DNA of 64,000 nt. Origin: an uncultured virus (IMG/VR IMGVR_UViG_3300020057_001237) (Duplodnaviria > Heunggongvirae > Uroviricota > Caudoviricetes). The position numbers and the translations under genes were made by a program. Below are positions 29,587 through 37,260 of this stretch, piece after piece; the stretch's first letter is position 1, and every line of letters begins with the position of its first letter. Location of the stretch: IMG/VR virus record IMGVR_UViG_3300020057_001237, one strand, 5' to 3'. The notes under the pieces were generated by a model. That model was given only the letters and a program-made list of their open reading frames with translations. It had not been told where the DNA came from and did not search any database.

Positions 29587-30549
29587 TTACTCACAGTAAG
29601 GTTGCGTTGGATCAAGCGAACAGATGACATCGCAGATAGATTGGTCGCCAAGCGGACACTCTGCGGGCTCTGTATCGCCGCTAGAGACGGCAGCAAACCA
29701 ACACTTAGGACGGGCTCCGTCGCCTTCAGCGCAGCTATGTTCGTAAGCTTCAGCTTGAGCTTCGACCGAATTGTGGTTGGAAAAGCTTTTGCCGGGGATC
29801 AACTCGTAGTCCCACTTGCTGTTGCCACAGTAGGCAGAAGCGGCGTAGGTGTCGAAACGACATTGAGCTGCGGGGTGAGCATGGTTTGTTCTACGAACAA
29901 CTTTCGGATCTGGAGTTTCGTAGCCAACTTCTGTTCCGCCGAGTTCGCCTAAGAGGTCGGCAAGCGACTTACCGGCTACAACTGCTCTGTAACAAAAGTC
30001 ACGGTCTTCCATGGAGTCATGGTTGGCGTCACATTTGTCTTTCAATGGTTGGGGAAGATCGGCATTTGCTTTCAAAGAAAGCTTGTTGCTTTCTGCGAAG
30101 ACTTTCCAAGCACAAGCTCCCGTAGCGTGCATATCAGACTGACCTTCGTCCGCTGCCCAATCTTGTACGAATGGATAGCCGCCGACGTGGTGACCGATTT
30201 CGTGGCAAAGAACCATAGCGAAACCATCTTCGGTTACTTCCGCACGACGAGCAAGACCGCCGTACATGTTTACAACCCAGCTCGTAGCTGTCGGTTGTTC
30301 TGCGGACGCATTCACGGTTTCGTCAGACCACAGACGATTAACAGTTAATACCGCACCGAAATGCTCAAAAATTGGTTTGTAAATTTGTTCGGCTCTGTCG
30401 ATGACTTTATTAAATTGCTCCTCTGTTATACCAGAACCCACAGCACTCTTATTGAGGTGGAGACTATTCGGCGGCATAAAGGTTTTTGTGGTAGATCCGA
30501 AGACTGTGGTGGGCAAGAGGAACAAAGCGGCAAGACACAACTTTCTCAT
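29587..30549 (-). CDS. secreted zinc metallopeptidase (HExxH, M48-like)
   Basis: Signal peptide MRKLCLAALFLLPTTVFG, VNASA, LCHEIGHH, EGQSD and HP..CR. Cys-rich, with AAAGGA upstream. Confidence 0.82.
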   Translation of the reverse strand: MRKLCLAALFLLPTTVFGSTTKTFMPPNSLHLNKSAVGSGITEEQFNKVIDRAEQIYKPIFEHFGAVLTVNRLWSDETVNASAEQPTATSWVVNMYGGLARRAEVTEDGFAMVLCHEIGHHVGGYPFVQDWAADEGQSDMHATGACAWKVFAESNKLSLKANADLPQPLKDKCDANHDSMEDRDFCYRAVVAGKSLADLLGELGGTEVGYETPDPKVVRRTNHAHPAAQCRFDTYAASAYCGNSKWDYELIPGKSFSNHNSVEAQAEAYEHSCAEGDGARPKCWFAAVSSGDTEPAECPLGDQSICDVICSLDPTQPYCE

Positions 30550-30672
30550 AAAAGGTCCTTTCCTAATATTTTTCCTAAACCGATCAACACGCACTACCCC
30601 AGAGAAACTGGCGGTATACAAGGATCTAATCTAGGAGAGGACAGGTTCTTTTTGAGAAAGTTACGACAGAAA

Positions 30673-30746
30673 TGGCTGGGGATCAGGGACTCGAACCCCG
30701 ATTAGTCACATCAGAAATGACAGTCCTACCATTAGACGAATCCCCA
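30673..30746 (-). tRNA. trnQ: tRNA-Gln(CTG)
   Basis: Cloverleaf with anticodon loop TTCTGAT, TTCGA T-loop and encoded CCA. Confidence 0.92.
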
Positions 30747-30751
30747 ATTAC

Positions 30752-30973
30752 TTAGATGTCCGACGCTTTCCTGTGCTTAAGATATTGACGCTCACGAGCA
30801 AGAGCAATTTTTTCAGGCATACGGGTTTCACCTACAAACGTAATCGTCCACCACTGCTTGTCGTCTACGTCTTTAAACGTAACTTTGTTGCCGAGCTTCA
30901 AAGCACCTTCGTCGTTGAGCCAAGCAATAGTCGTAGCGTTGTCCGATTTCAATGCACACTGTCTGTAGAACAT
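30752..30973 (-). CDS. hypothetical protein within the tRNA array
   Basis: ATG ORF with a purine-rich RBS, co-oriented with the tRNAs. Confidence 0.65.
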   Translation of the reverse strand: MFYRQCALKSDNATTIAWLNDEGALKLGNKVTFKDVDDKQWWTITFVGETRMPEKIALARERQYLKHRKASDI

Positions 30974-30985
30974 ACCCGTACCCTT

Positions 30986-31198
30986 TTACCTTATGTAGAT
31001 GCCTACTTTTCTGACTTTGAATGGAGAAACAGGTTTCGCCTGCTCCACTCCCTTAATCGTTTTTCGATCTCCGTCGAGAAGGATCTCTTCTCCTACGGCG
31101 ATTTTCTGTCCTTGTTCTAGGTCTATTACGTAAACCGTGCCTCTGCCTTTGATGTCGAACTGATCGACTGCAAAAAATTCTTTCATAACTTTACTCAT
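30986..31198 (-). CDS. small beta-barrel-like protein (N-terminus reminiscent of EF-Tu domain II)
   Basis: FFAVDQFDIKGRGTV...GQKIAVGEEI..IKGVE resembles translation-factor domain II (F.I.GRGTV). Confidence 0.55.
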   Translation of the reverse strand: MSKVMKEFFAVDQFDIKGRGTVYVIDLEQGQKIAVGEEILLDGDRKTIKGVEQAKPVSPFKVRKVGIYIR

Positions 31199-31199
31199 T

Positions 31200-31271
31200 A
31201 AGTCCGCAGGACTTGAACCTGCGACACTTTTCTATCAAACAAAACTGGTGCAGCGTTTTACTACACTACTT
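31200..31271 (-). other. degenerate tRNA-like element
   Basis: Perfect T arm GCAGG-TTCAAGT-CCTGC and a D-like stem, but weak acceptor and anticodon stems and no CCA. Confidence 0.35.
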
Positions 31272-31301
31272 TGATGCACTAAAACAGTGCATTGGATTAA
31301 A

Positions 31302-31375
31302 TGGAGCCGACGACGGGATTCAAACCCGTGAGTTCTGGTTGGAAGCCAGATATGTTATCACTACATCACGTCGGC
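31302..31375 (-). tRNA. trnG: tRNA-Gly(TCC)
   Basis: TCTGG-CTTCCAA-CCAGA anticodon arm, U73 and CCA. Confidence 0.9.
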
Positions 31376-31387
31376 ATGAACTGATGG

Positions 31388-31463
31388 TGGCAGGGGAGGT
31401 GAGAATCGAACTCACTCAATGCTGGAATCAAAATCCAGTGCCGTCCCATTTGGCTACTCCCCG
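31388..31463 (-). tRNA. trnQ: tRNA-Gln(TTG)
   Basis: CTGGA-TTTTGAT-TCCAG anticodon arm, G73 and CCA. Confidence 0.9.
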
Positions 31464-31539
31464 ATAAATAACCATCAGGGAGCTTGTGCCCGCACCTTCT
31501 TATTGAACTAACCTCCGCATACAAACCTCTTGAAAAAAA

Positions 31540-31614
31540 TGGCGACCCCGGCTGGATTCTAACCAGCAATGCAACTTTCGTAGAGTTGAGTGATATACAT
31601 TTCACTACGGGGTC
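31540..31614 (-). tRNA. trnR: tRNA-Arg(ACG)
   Basis: CAACT-CTACGAA-AGTTG anticodon arm and CCA. Confidence 0.9.
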
Positions 31615-31627
31615 ATTTTTGAACGTT

Positions 31628-31702
31628 TGGCGGTCTCGGCAGGAATCTAACCTGCAATGCCTCCTTCGGAGGGAAGCGTGATATACGTTTTACTACGAGA
31701 CC
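31628..31702 (-). tRNA. trnR: tRNA-Arg(CCG)
   Basis: CTTCC-CTCCGAA-GGAGG anticodon arm and CCA. Confidence 0.9.
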
Positions 31703-31714
31703 ATAGATAACTAA

Positions 31715-31867
31715 CTACATAACACCTCGAACCTCTGTCTTTGCTTTCTCTTTACACTTGTCACAGATCGTATGTTGGATCTCTTTGTGGTTCGGGCACC
31801 GACATTGCGCCACGACTTTCTCGCAGCATTTGCAAACCAGTTTCCCGTGCCCTGATAAAGACGACAT
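31715..31867 (-). CDS. 50-aa Cys-rich putative zinc-binding protein (absent from the ORF track)
   Basis: MSSLSGHGKLVCKCCEKVVAQCRCPNHKEIQHTICDKCKEKAKTEVRGVM. AAGGGA lies upstream, and it fills the gap between two tRNAs. Confidence 0.6.
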   Translation of the reverse strand: MSSLSGHGKLVCKCCEKVVAQCRCPNHKEIQHTICDKCKEKAKTEVRGVM

Positions 31868-31888
31868 ACTAAATCCCTTGTTAAAAAA

Positions 31889-31964
31889 TGGAGCAGATGA
31901 TCGGGTTCAAACCGACGACCTTGACGTTGGCAACGTCACGCTCTATCAACTGAGCTACATCTGC
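31889..31964 (-). tRNA. trnG: tRNA-Gly(GCC)
   Basis: TGACG-TTGCCAA-CGTCA anticodon arm, U73 and CCA. Confidence 0.92.
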
Positions 31965-31975
31965 ATTATAGAAAA

Positions 31976-32050
31976 TGGTGGACCCTGAGAGAATCGGACT
32001 CTCGCCTTCGCCGTGCAAGGGCGACGTGCTACCACTATCACTAAGAGCCC
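31976..32050 (-). tRNA. trnA: tRNA-Ala(TGC)
   Basis: TCGCC-CTTGCAC-GGCGA anticodon arm, G3:U70 pair, A73 and CCA. Confidence 0.92.
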
Positions 32051-32074
32051 GTAACAATGAAACCTTCTAAAGTG

Positions 32075-32151
32075 GTGGGGGGAGCGAGGGGTTTCGATCC
32101 CCCTTCTACCGCATCACAAGCGGGTATCTTAGCCACTAGACGACGCTCCCC
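32075..32151 (-). tRNA. trnH: tRNA-His(GTG)
   Basis: CCGC-TTGTGAT-GCGG anticodon arm, G-1 and C73. The 3' end is uncertain by 1 nt in a C-run. Confidence 0.88.
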
Positions 32152-32170
32152 ATACGAATCAACTACCCCT

Positions 32171-32210
32171 AAAACACTGAACCCCACTCGGCTTTCGCTG
32201 GGTGGGGTCA
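32171..32210 (-). terminator. attenuator terminator hairpin upstream of the tRNA array
   Basis: Minus strand TGACCCCACCCAGC-GAAA-GCCGAGTGGGGTTCA-GTGTTTT. Confidence 0.7.
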
Positions 32211-32236
32211 TTCCTTTGTAGTCTTGTCAGAGACCT

Positions 32237-32317
32237 TTAAGGACAAACCCCCACGCTACCGGCTGCACGATGTTGTGCTGCGGCTTGGTGTTGTGCTTGT
32301 CCTTGACCCTTAAACAT
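32237..32317 (-). CDS. putative attenuation leader peptide MFKGQGQAQHQAAAQHRAAGSVGVCP
   Basis: AAAAGGA RBS. Codons 4-20 encode only G/Q/A/H/R, matching the downstream tRNAs. The 3' end is complementary to the 5' arm of the terminator. Confidence 0.75.
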   Translation of the reverse strand: MFKGQGQAQHQAAAQHRAAGSVGVCP

Positions 32318-32432
32318 GACTAGCAATTCCTTTTGAGTTAGAAAGTGAGGGTTCAAGATGAAAGTGCTATTGGACTGTTTCTTAAACAAAGAAGCTTGTA
32401 AGCACTGACTGAGGGAACCATCACTCTTATTA

Positions 32433-32460
32433 ATCTTACACAGAAGTTCCCCTGCGTCAA
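32433..32460 (-). promoter_or_regulatory. sigma70-like promoter for the leader peptide and tRNA array
   Basis: TTGACG-16 nt-TAAGAT, about 115 nt upstream of the leader ATG. Confidence 0.55.
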
Positions 32461-32608
32461 CTTCTTTTGCTGCGGACTACCTTAGACTGGATGAAAACTA
32501 GGGTAAGCCTTGCCTCTCAGCCCCGAAAGTCGTAAAAGACCTGTTCTGCTTTGTTCCTTCCTTAATTAGAGCAGGCTCAAGTCGTTGGACCTGAGCCTGT
32601 TTGATTTA

Positions 32609-32682
32609 TGGTAGGCGTACTCTGAATCGAACAGAGCCTAAAACCTTATAAGAGTCTCGTGCTTCCACTACACCATACGCCC
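32609..32682 (-). tRNA. trnI: tRNA-Ile(TAT)
   Basis: AGACT-CTTATAA-GGTTT anticodon arm, A73 and CCA. It is followed by a CAGGCTCA/TGAGCCTG hairpin. Confidence 0.85.
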
Positions 32683-32927
32683 GTAGAGCGTTAGGGTATT
32701 CGGCTGGTTGCTAGGGTGTAGGTCATAGGTCTATCCTACGGCAATCTGTCCTCTACGGCAACTATTTAACTCACCTCTGGGACTTCCCAGAACAAACGTA
32801 TTGATAGGGGGATTCTCCCCCAGGGCACCAGCTTCCCTTAGGGTTTGAAGCCCAGCCAGCAAGCGCTTAAGTTTCCGTAAGTTTGTCCGATAAGGCATAT
32901 GTATAACTTTTATACAGGAGGTGCATT

Positions 32928-33686
32928 ATGAAAGCAGATCTAGGGATGCCTCAGTTCGATAGGACTTCTCCGCATGATGCGATCGGGTTTGAGGTTTTGA
33001 GCAACTATAGCTTGTTGATGGGTGTTTGCTCGAAGCTGAAGGCTGAAGACAAGAAGACTTTCGACGACCTATTTCATGAGAAGATGGAAGAGGCTGGTGC
33101 TGTGGCAGGCAGGCTCTCACGCCGGTTCTTAGAACGATTTGCGAAGAGGGTCTTCACTGACATTGACCCGAAGACTCAGTCAATCCATTTTTCTCAATTT
33201 ATTTTACCACGGTGTAAGAATCCTGCACGGTGGCAGACGGCTGAGATGGCTGCGAAGAGTTTGACGGTGTGGTGGCGGTCTACGAGTAAGGGAATTCTCT
33301 ACTTCACTAAACCGCTGTCTACGTCTTACGGCTTGATGTTTCCTGCGCACTTCTTTGACCGCTTGACACAGAGGGCTTTCTCGAAGCCTATCGAGCGCCA
33401 TGTAGCGATTGGACGCTTTCTGTGGACCATGATGCAGAGACACGACAACAAGATTGCGCTCAACGACTCAGACGGCGAAACGATGTTGTTCTTCGAGGAG
33501 GGAGCTGGTCTTGGGTACTTGCGGTTCTTGCACAACAGGGACCGCAGTGAGGAGCTTCCGATCATCTACTTGAAGACGTTCATTTCTCCCGACATGCTTT
33601 CAGGAATGCAAAGGCAAGCCGCGCTGACTGCGGGGGGCTTGCCTCCGATTGACTATACCTACCATGCGGACGATTTGTACGAGTAG
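32928..33686 (+). CDS. hypothetical protein
   Basis: AGGAGG RBS, 252 aa, HFFDR motif. Confidence 0.7.
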   Translation: MKADLGMPQFDRTSPHDAIGFEVLSNYSLLMGVCSKLKAEDKKTFDDLFHEKMEEAGAVAGRLSRRFLERFAKRVFTDIDPKTQSIHFSQFILPRCKNPARWQTAEMAAKSLTVWWRSTSKGILYFTKPLSTSYGLMFPAHFFDRLTQRAFSKPIERHVAIGRFLWTMMQRHDNKIALNDSDGETMLFFEEGAGLGYLRFLHNRDRSEELPIIYLKTFISPDMLSGMQRQAALTAGGLPPIDYTYHADDLYE

Positions 33687-34589
33687 TTAGGGCTTGAATT
33701 GGTCCATGACGGCTTGGATCTTCTCGTCGGAGAGTCCTGTTCCGCCTTCAGCTTCAAGCGCTTCGATCACTTCGGCGGACGGGACTTTCACCAAGACCAG
33801 TTCACGGTCGTACACCCCTGCCATGACAGGGGTGTGCCCGCCGACTTCGTTGGTGCGGAACTTAGTGTAGTCGATGAACTCACCTAGTGTGACCTTACCG
33901 TCCTTCTCGCCGCCGTTGTAGCCATCTGCGTAGCCGATGATAGCTTTCCATACGGCGTGACCGAAGGCGCTGCCTGCGCTGCCGTTAGGACCGCTAGGCT
34001 CGTCGTTGTCACGACCAGGACCAGTAGCGCTGTTTTCGTCTGCTGGGCTAGAGCCCATCACGAAAAGGGTGCGTCCCCCAATACCGTAAGACTCCCACTC
34101 GGAGCGGCGTTCGTTGAAGCTATCGACGAGCGCTCCACTGTGGCACGCCATCGTCAAGATGATTTTTTCTTGAGCAGGCATCGCAAGAACCGCATCGCGG
34201 ATGTCGTCGTAGGAGACGCCGACTGCTAGCCCACTTTCAGAGCCGTGCCCAGAGCTGTATTGGAGGTACATGTCGTTCCAGAGCATGGTGTTCGTGAGAC
34301 GATCCCATTCCGCTTTGATCGCGGCGCGGTTGACGTTTTGGTGACCGGTAAGCTGTTTACCAATGTAGTCGCCACCGATGTCTTTCGTGAACACGTCGGC
34401 GGTATGCTTTACGTCGTAGGCAACTTCGTTCTGCATCGACGACGGATCGCCTGCCATAGCAGCACCCCAGCCGAAGTAATACTTCTTGCCGTGGTAGTCG
34501 CCATCGGTAATGCTTTGTGTCGTGCTCGGTTGTTGAGCACCACAGCCTGCCAACGTCAGAACAAAAAAAGACGCAATCAAACGCTTCAT
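33687..34589 (-). CDS. lipoprotein with a caspase-like (clan CD) cysteine peptidase domain
   Basis: Lipobox LAGC, His-Cys dyad motifs YSSGHG and MACHSG, and DG.VTLGE. Confidence 0.78.
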   Translation of the reverse strand: MKRLIASFFVLTLAGCGAQQPSTTQSITDGDYHGKKYYFGWGAAMAGDPSSMQNEVAYDVKHTADVFTKDIGGDYIGKQLTGHQNVNRAAIKAEWDRLTNTMLWNDMYLQYSSGHGSESGLAVGVSYDDIRDAVLAMPAQEKIILTMACHSGALVDSFNERRSEWESYGIGGRTLFVMGSSPADENSATGPGRDNDEPSGPNGSAGSAFGHAVWKAIIGYADGYNGGEKDGKVTLGEFIDYTKFRTNEVGGHTPVMAGVYDRELVLVKVPSAEVIEALEAEGGTGLSDEKIQAVMDQFKP

Positions 34590-34667
34590 AATCCCCTCCT
34601 TGGGAGTCGGCGGTCGTTTTAATTGCGTCTAATTAACGATGCGGCAGAAGAATTGAATCTTGGGCTG

Positions 34668-35054
34668 TCAGCCAACGGGACGTAGATAAGAAGGATAGAC
34701 GCGCTCTTTAATGAATAGGCGCGAGACCGACTTGACTACTTTGTCAGCGAGACTTGATAAAATACCAACTTCTACCTTGTGCGCTGCCTTTGAGCAGCGT
34801 AGCATCGCAGAAGGTTCGACGATAACACCGTCGTTTTCGTCGTACCAAAACCGGATTCCGTATACAGGACCGGTCTTAGAGTTGGTTGGTTTCGAGATGG
34901 AGATGTCCTTGGCTAGTTTTTGAGCAAGACGCTCGCCTTCTAACGCAAGAAAAGATAAGTAGTCATCGTTCTCATGAGCGAGAGCTTTGATCTCTACCTT
35001 TCCGTCATCAAATGAAAAAAAGACACAGGACGCAAGAAGTTCCGCTGCCGCCAT
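34668..35054 (-). CDS. hypothetical protein
   Basis: GGAGG RBS. Confidence 0.65.
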   Translation of the reverse strand: MAAAELLASCVFFSFDDGKVEIKALAHENDDYLSFLALEGERLAQKLAKDISISKPTNSKTGPVYGIRFWYDENDGVIVEPSAMLRCSKAAHKVEVGILSSLADKVVKSVSRLFIKERVYPSYLRPVG

Positions 35055-35090
35055 AAACTGCCCTCCGTTGGCACTTTTCTTGGGGCGAAG

Positions 35091-35483
35091 CTACACCTTG
35101 ACCCCAATGGACCTTAGTGCTGCTAGGCATATAGTTGTTCCGAGATGCTCTGAATGAGCCTGCCCTAAGACACGCCCGGAGTCATCTAGAAATTTGACTG
35201 CCCAGCCAACTTTACTTCTTGACAGATCGCACGTAAGTCCGTCCTCGATGAGACGTTCAACCACCGATAATGCTAAAGTTTTTTCTCTACAAAAAGGTGG
35301 CGGTCGTTGCAGTTGTTTGGCATCTTTCGCCGTCAGGAGATGTTTTTGACTGTCGTCGTCAGGAGACGGATCGTCTCTTTTTAGAGCTGCTGCGATTTCG
35401 TCGTCGTCGTGAAATGGATATCCCATGACGAGCTTCGCCACTAAATAATCCACTTTCCACATGTCGTCTTTACTTAATTCCAT
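35091..35483 (-). CDS. phage ABA-sandwich-like domain protein
   Basis: D.LVA..VMG...PP(F)....A..VVE.L...ICLAAL pattern. Confidence 0.6.
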   Translation of the reverse strand: MELSKDDMWKVDYLVAKLVMGYPFHDDDEIAAALKRDDPSPDDDSQKHLLTAKDAKQLQRPPPFCREKTLALSVVERLIEDGLTCDLSRSKVGWAVKFLDDSGRVLGQAHSEHLGTTICLAALRSIGVKV

Positions 35484-35704
35484 TCGATGTCATCCATGTC
35501 TGGAATTTCCATCAGTGAGCCGTCTTGCTCTACCTTTGCTAAGTCCTCTAAAAAGATAATGGTTGCGGTCTCGTTTTGAAGTAGCGCAGCCATGTCGTCT
35601 GTGAAATCGTCGGCGGTCGCTACGATGCCATTGGAAAACACGATCAAATACTTTGGATCAGCGAACCTTAAGGTGACCAATGGTTTACGTTGTGTATGAC
35701 GCAA
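35474..35704 (-). CDS. hypothetical acidic protein (start uncertain)
   Basis: Fills the gap in a minus-strand operon. Confidence 0.5.
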   Translation of the reverse strand: MRHTQRKPLVTLRFADPKYLIVFSNGIVATADDFTDDMAALLQNETATIIFLEDLAKVEQDGSLMEIPDMDDIEWN

Positions 35705-36891
35705 TCTTCCTCCTTCACCATGTATTTTGTGTCGAAGATCCAGCCTTGCGGTTTGAGCAGCGAGGCTACGTAGCGGATGCCTTGAAGCTTGTAGATGGTG
35801 TGGTCGGTCATGATGACTACGGCGTCGTAGGTTCCTGCTACTAGCTCACTCAGCGGCACATCTTCGCAGGAGTTAAGCGTGCAGTCTGCGACCGTCACGT
35901 CGTAACTGCACTGCTTTAGAAGGGCGTAAAGGATTGTCGTTGCCGAGTTTCTGACATCTGGTACGTCGGCTTTGTAGGCGACTCCCATCAAAGCTACGTG
36001 TGAACCCGGTTCAAGCTTGCTTTGGATCGCTTGAAAGAGTTGCATGACGAAACCCGTCGCCGCTTGGATAGCTGCCGTGACGATGCCGCTAGATACGTTC
36101 TTTTCGTCGGCGATGTATTTTAGGTAACGCATGTTGATCGGCAAGCAGTGTCCCGCAGGCATCCCCGGCGTCACCTTCATGAAGTTCCATTTCGTACCGC
36201 AGGCGTCTAAGACATCTTTCGTCTTGATCCCGAGTGCTCCACAAAGAAGAGACAGCTCGTTGACTAACGTTATGTTGACGGCTCGCTGCACATTTTCAAA
36301 AAGCTTTGCCAGCTCCGCCACTTCTGCCGACGAACACTTATGGGTGGGGTTAGCCAAAACATTGTCGTAGATCTCTTTGACTCTGTAGGTTGCTAACTCG
36401 GTCGTCCCGCCTACTAGCTTCACGATCTTGTCTACGGTGTTGATGTGGTCACCTGGGTTTATACGCTCAGGCGAGTAAGCGACGTGGAAGTCTACGCCGT
36501 TCTTAAGACCGCTCTCTTCTTCGAGCCAAGCCACACACTTCTGAGTCGTAGTCGGGTAGACCGTGGACTCGTAGCAGATGACCATGTTTCGTTTTACGTG
36601 CTTGCCGATAGCTCGACTTGAGGATTCAAGGAAGGTTAGGTCTGGACTACCATCGGGGTAAGCAGGCGTCGGGACGCAGACGAAGACTACGCTGCACTTT
36701 TCAAGGTGCTTGAAGTCCGTCGTATAAAGACCAGGAGGCGGCGTCTTTACGTCCAAGACGTAGCTCTCTTGGTTGTTGAGCTTGGCGATCTTCTCGTCGC
36801 ATACATCGACGCCAACTACGGAGTATTTACTCGATAGGAGATTGAGAAGCGGGAGTCCCACATAGCCTAGACCTACGACACCTAATAGCAT
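35668..36891 (-). CDS. nucleotide-sugar dehydrogenase (UDP-glucose/GDP-mannose dehydrogenase family)
   Basis: GLGYVG Rossmann motif, CVPTP, ESTVYP, SPERINPG, KLFEN, GHC catalytic Cys and YKADVPDVRNS. The start is placed at the ATG at 36891. Confidence 0.93.
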   Translation of the reverse strand: MLLGVVGLGYVGLPLLNLLSSKYSVVGVDVCDEKIAKLNNQESYVLDVKTPPPGLYTTDFKHLEKCSVVFVCVPTPAYPDGSPDLTFLESSSRAIGKHVKRNMVICYESTVYPTTTQKCVAWLEEESGLKNGVDFHVAYSPERINPGDHINTVDKIVKLVGGTTELATYRVKEIYDNVLANPTHKCSSAEVAELAKLFENVQRAVNITLVNELSLLCGALGIKTKDVLDACGTKWNFMKVTPGMPAGHCLPINMRYLKYIADEKNVSSGIVTAAIQAATGFVMQLFQAIQSKLEPGSHVALMGVAYKADVPDVRNSATTILYALLKQCSYDVTVADCTLNSCEDVPLSELVAGTYDAVVIMTDHTIYKLQGIRYVASLLKPQGWIFDTKYMVKEEDCVIHNVNHWSP

Positions 36892-36943
36892 CCAATACCC
36901 CCCTGGAATTACGTTTTTAGCACACCAAGTAGGCGTTAGCCGT

Positions 36944-37237
36944 TTATGACGACGGGTAGCCTGCACCAAGAAGTGCGGTTTTTTCGGGGGCTGTAAGCAA
37001 AGTCACACCATCTAAGTTGGAACCAGTGGTGTGATCGACCCTTTTCCCTTCAGTTGTAAAAAGCTGCAAGGTACTGTTAGAAAAATTTACTACAAAGTGC
37101 GCCCCTTGAAAAGTAAGCGATAGAGAATTTTGTGCTAACGTGTCGAGATTCATTTGAACAATCGTCCCGTCAAGTCCACTGTAGGTGTCGAAGACCGAAA
37201 GACCAGAGATAAACCGCTGCTTGGATACGATGGACAT
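36944..37237 (-). CDS. hypothetical protein
   Basis: GAGGGG RBS. Confidence 0.65.
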   Translation of the reverse strand: MSIVSKQRFISGLSVFDTYSGLDGTIVQMNLDTLAQNSLSLTFQGAHFVVNFSNSTLQLFTTEGKRVDHTTGSNLDGVTLLTAPEKTALLGAGYPSS

Positions 37238-37260
37238 ATTTTTTTAACCCCCTCAAGTGC

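Noticed and set aside
31200..31271. tmRNA or a functional tenth tRNA
   Set aside because: There is no CCA, no G3:U70 acceptor and no tag reading frame, and the acceptor and anticodon stems are poor. It is kept only as a low-confidence relic.
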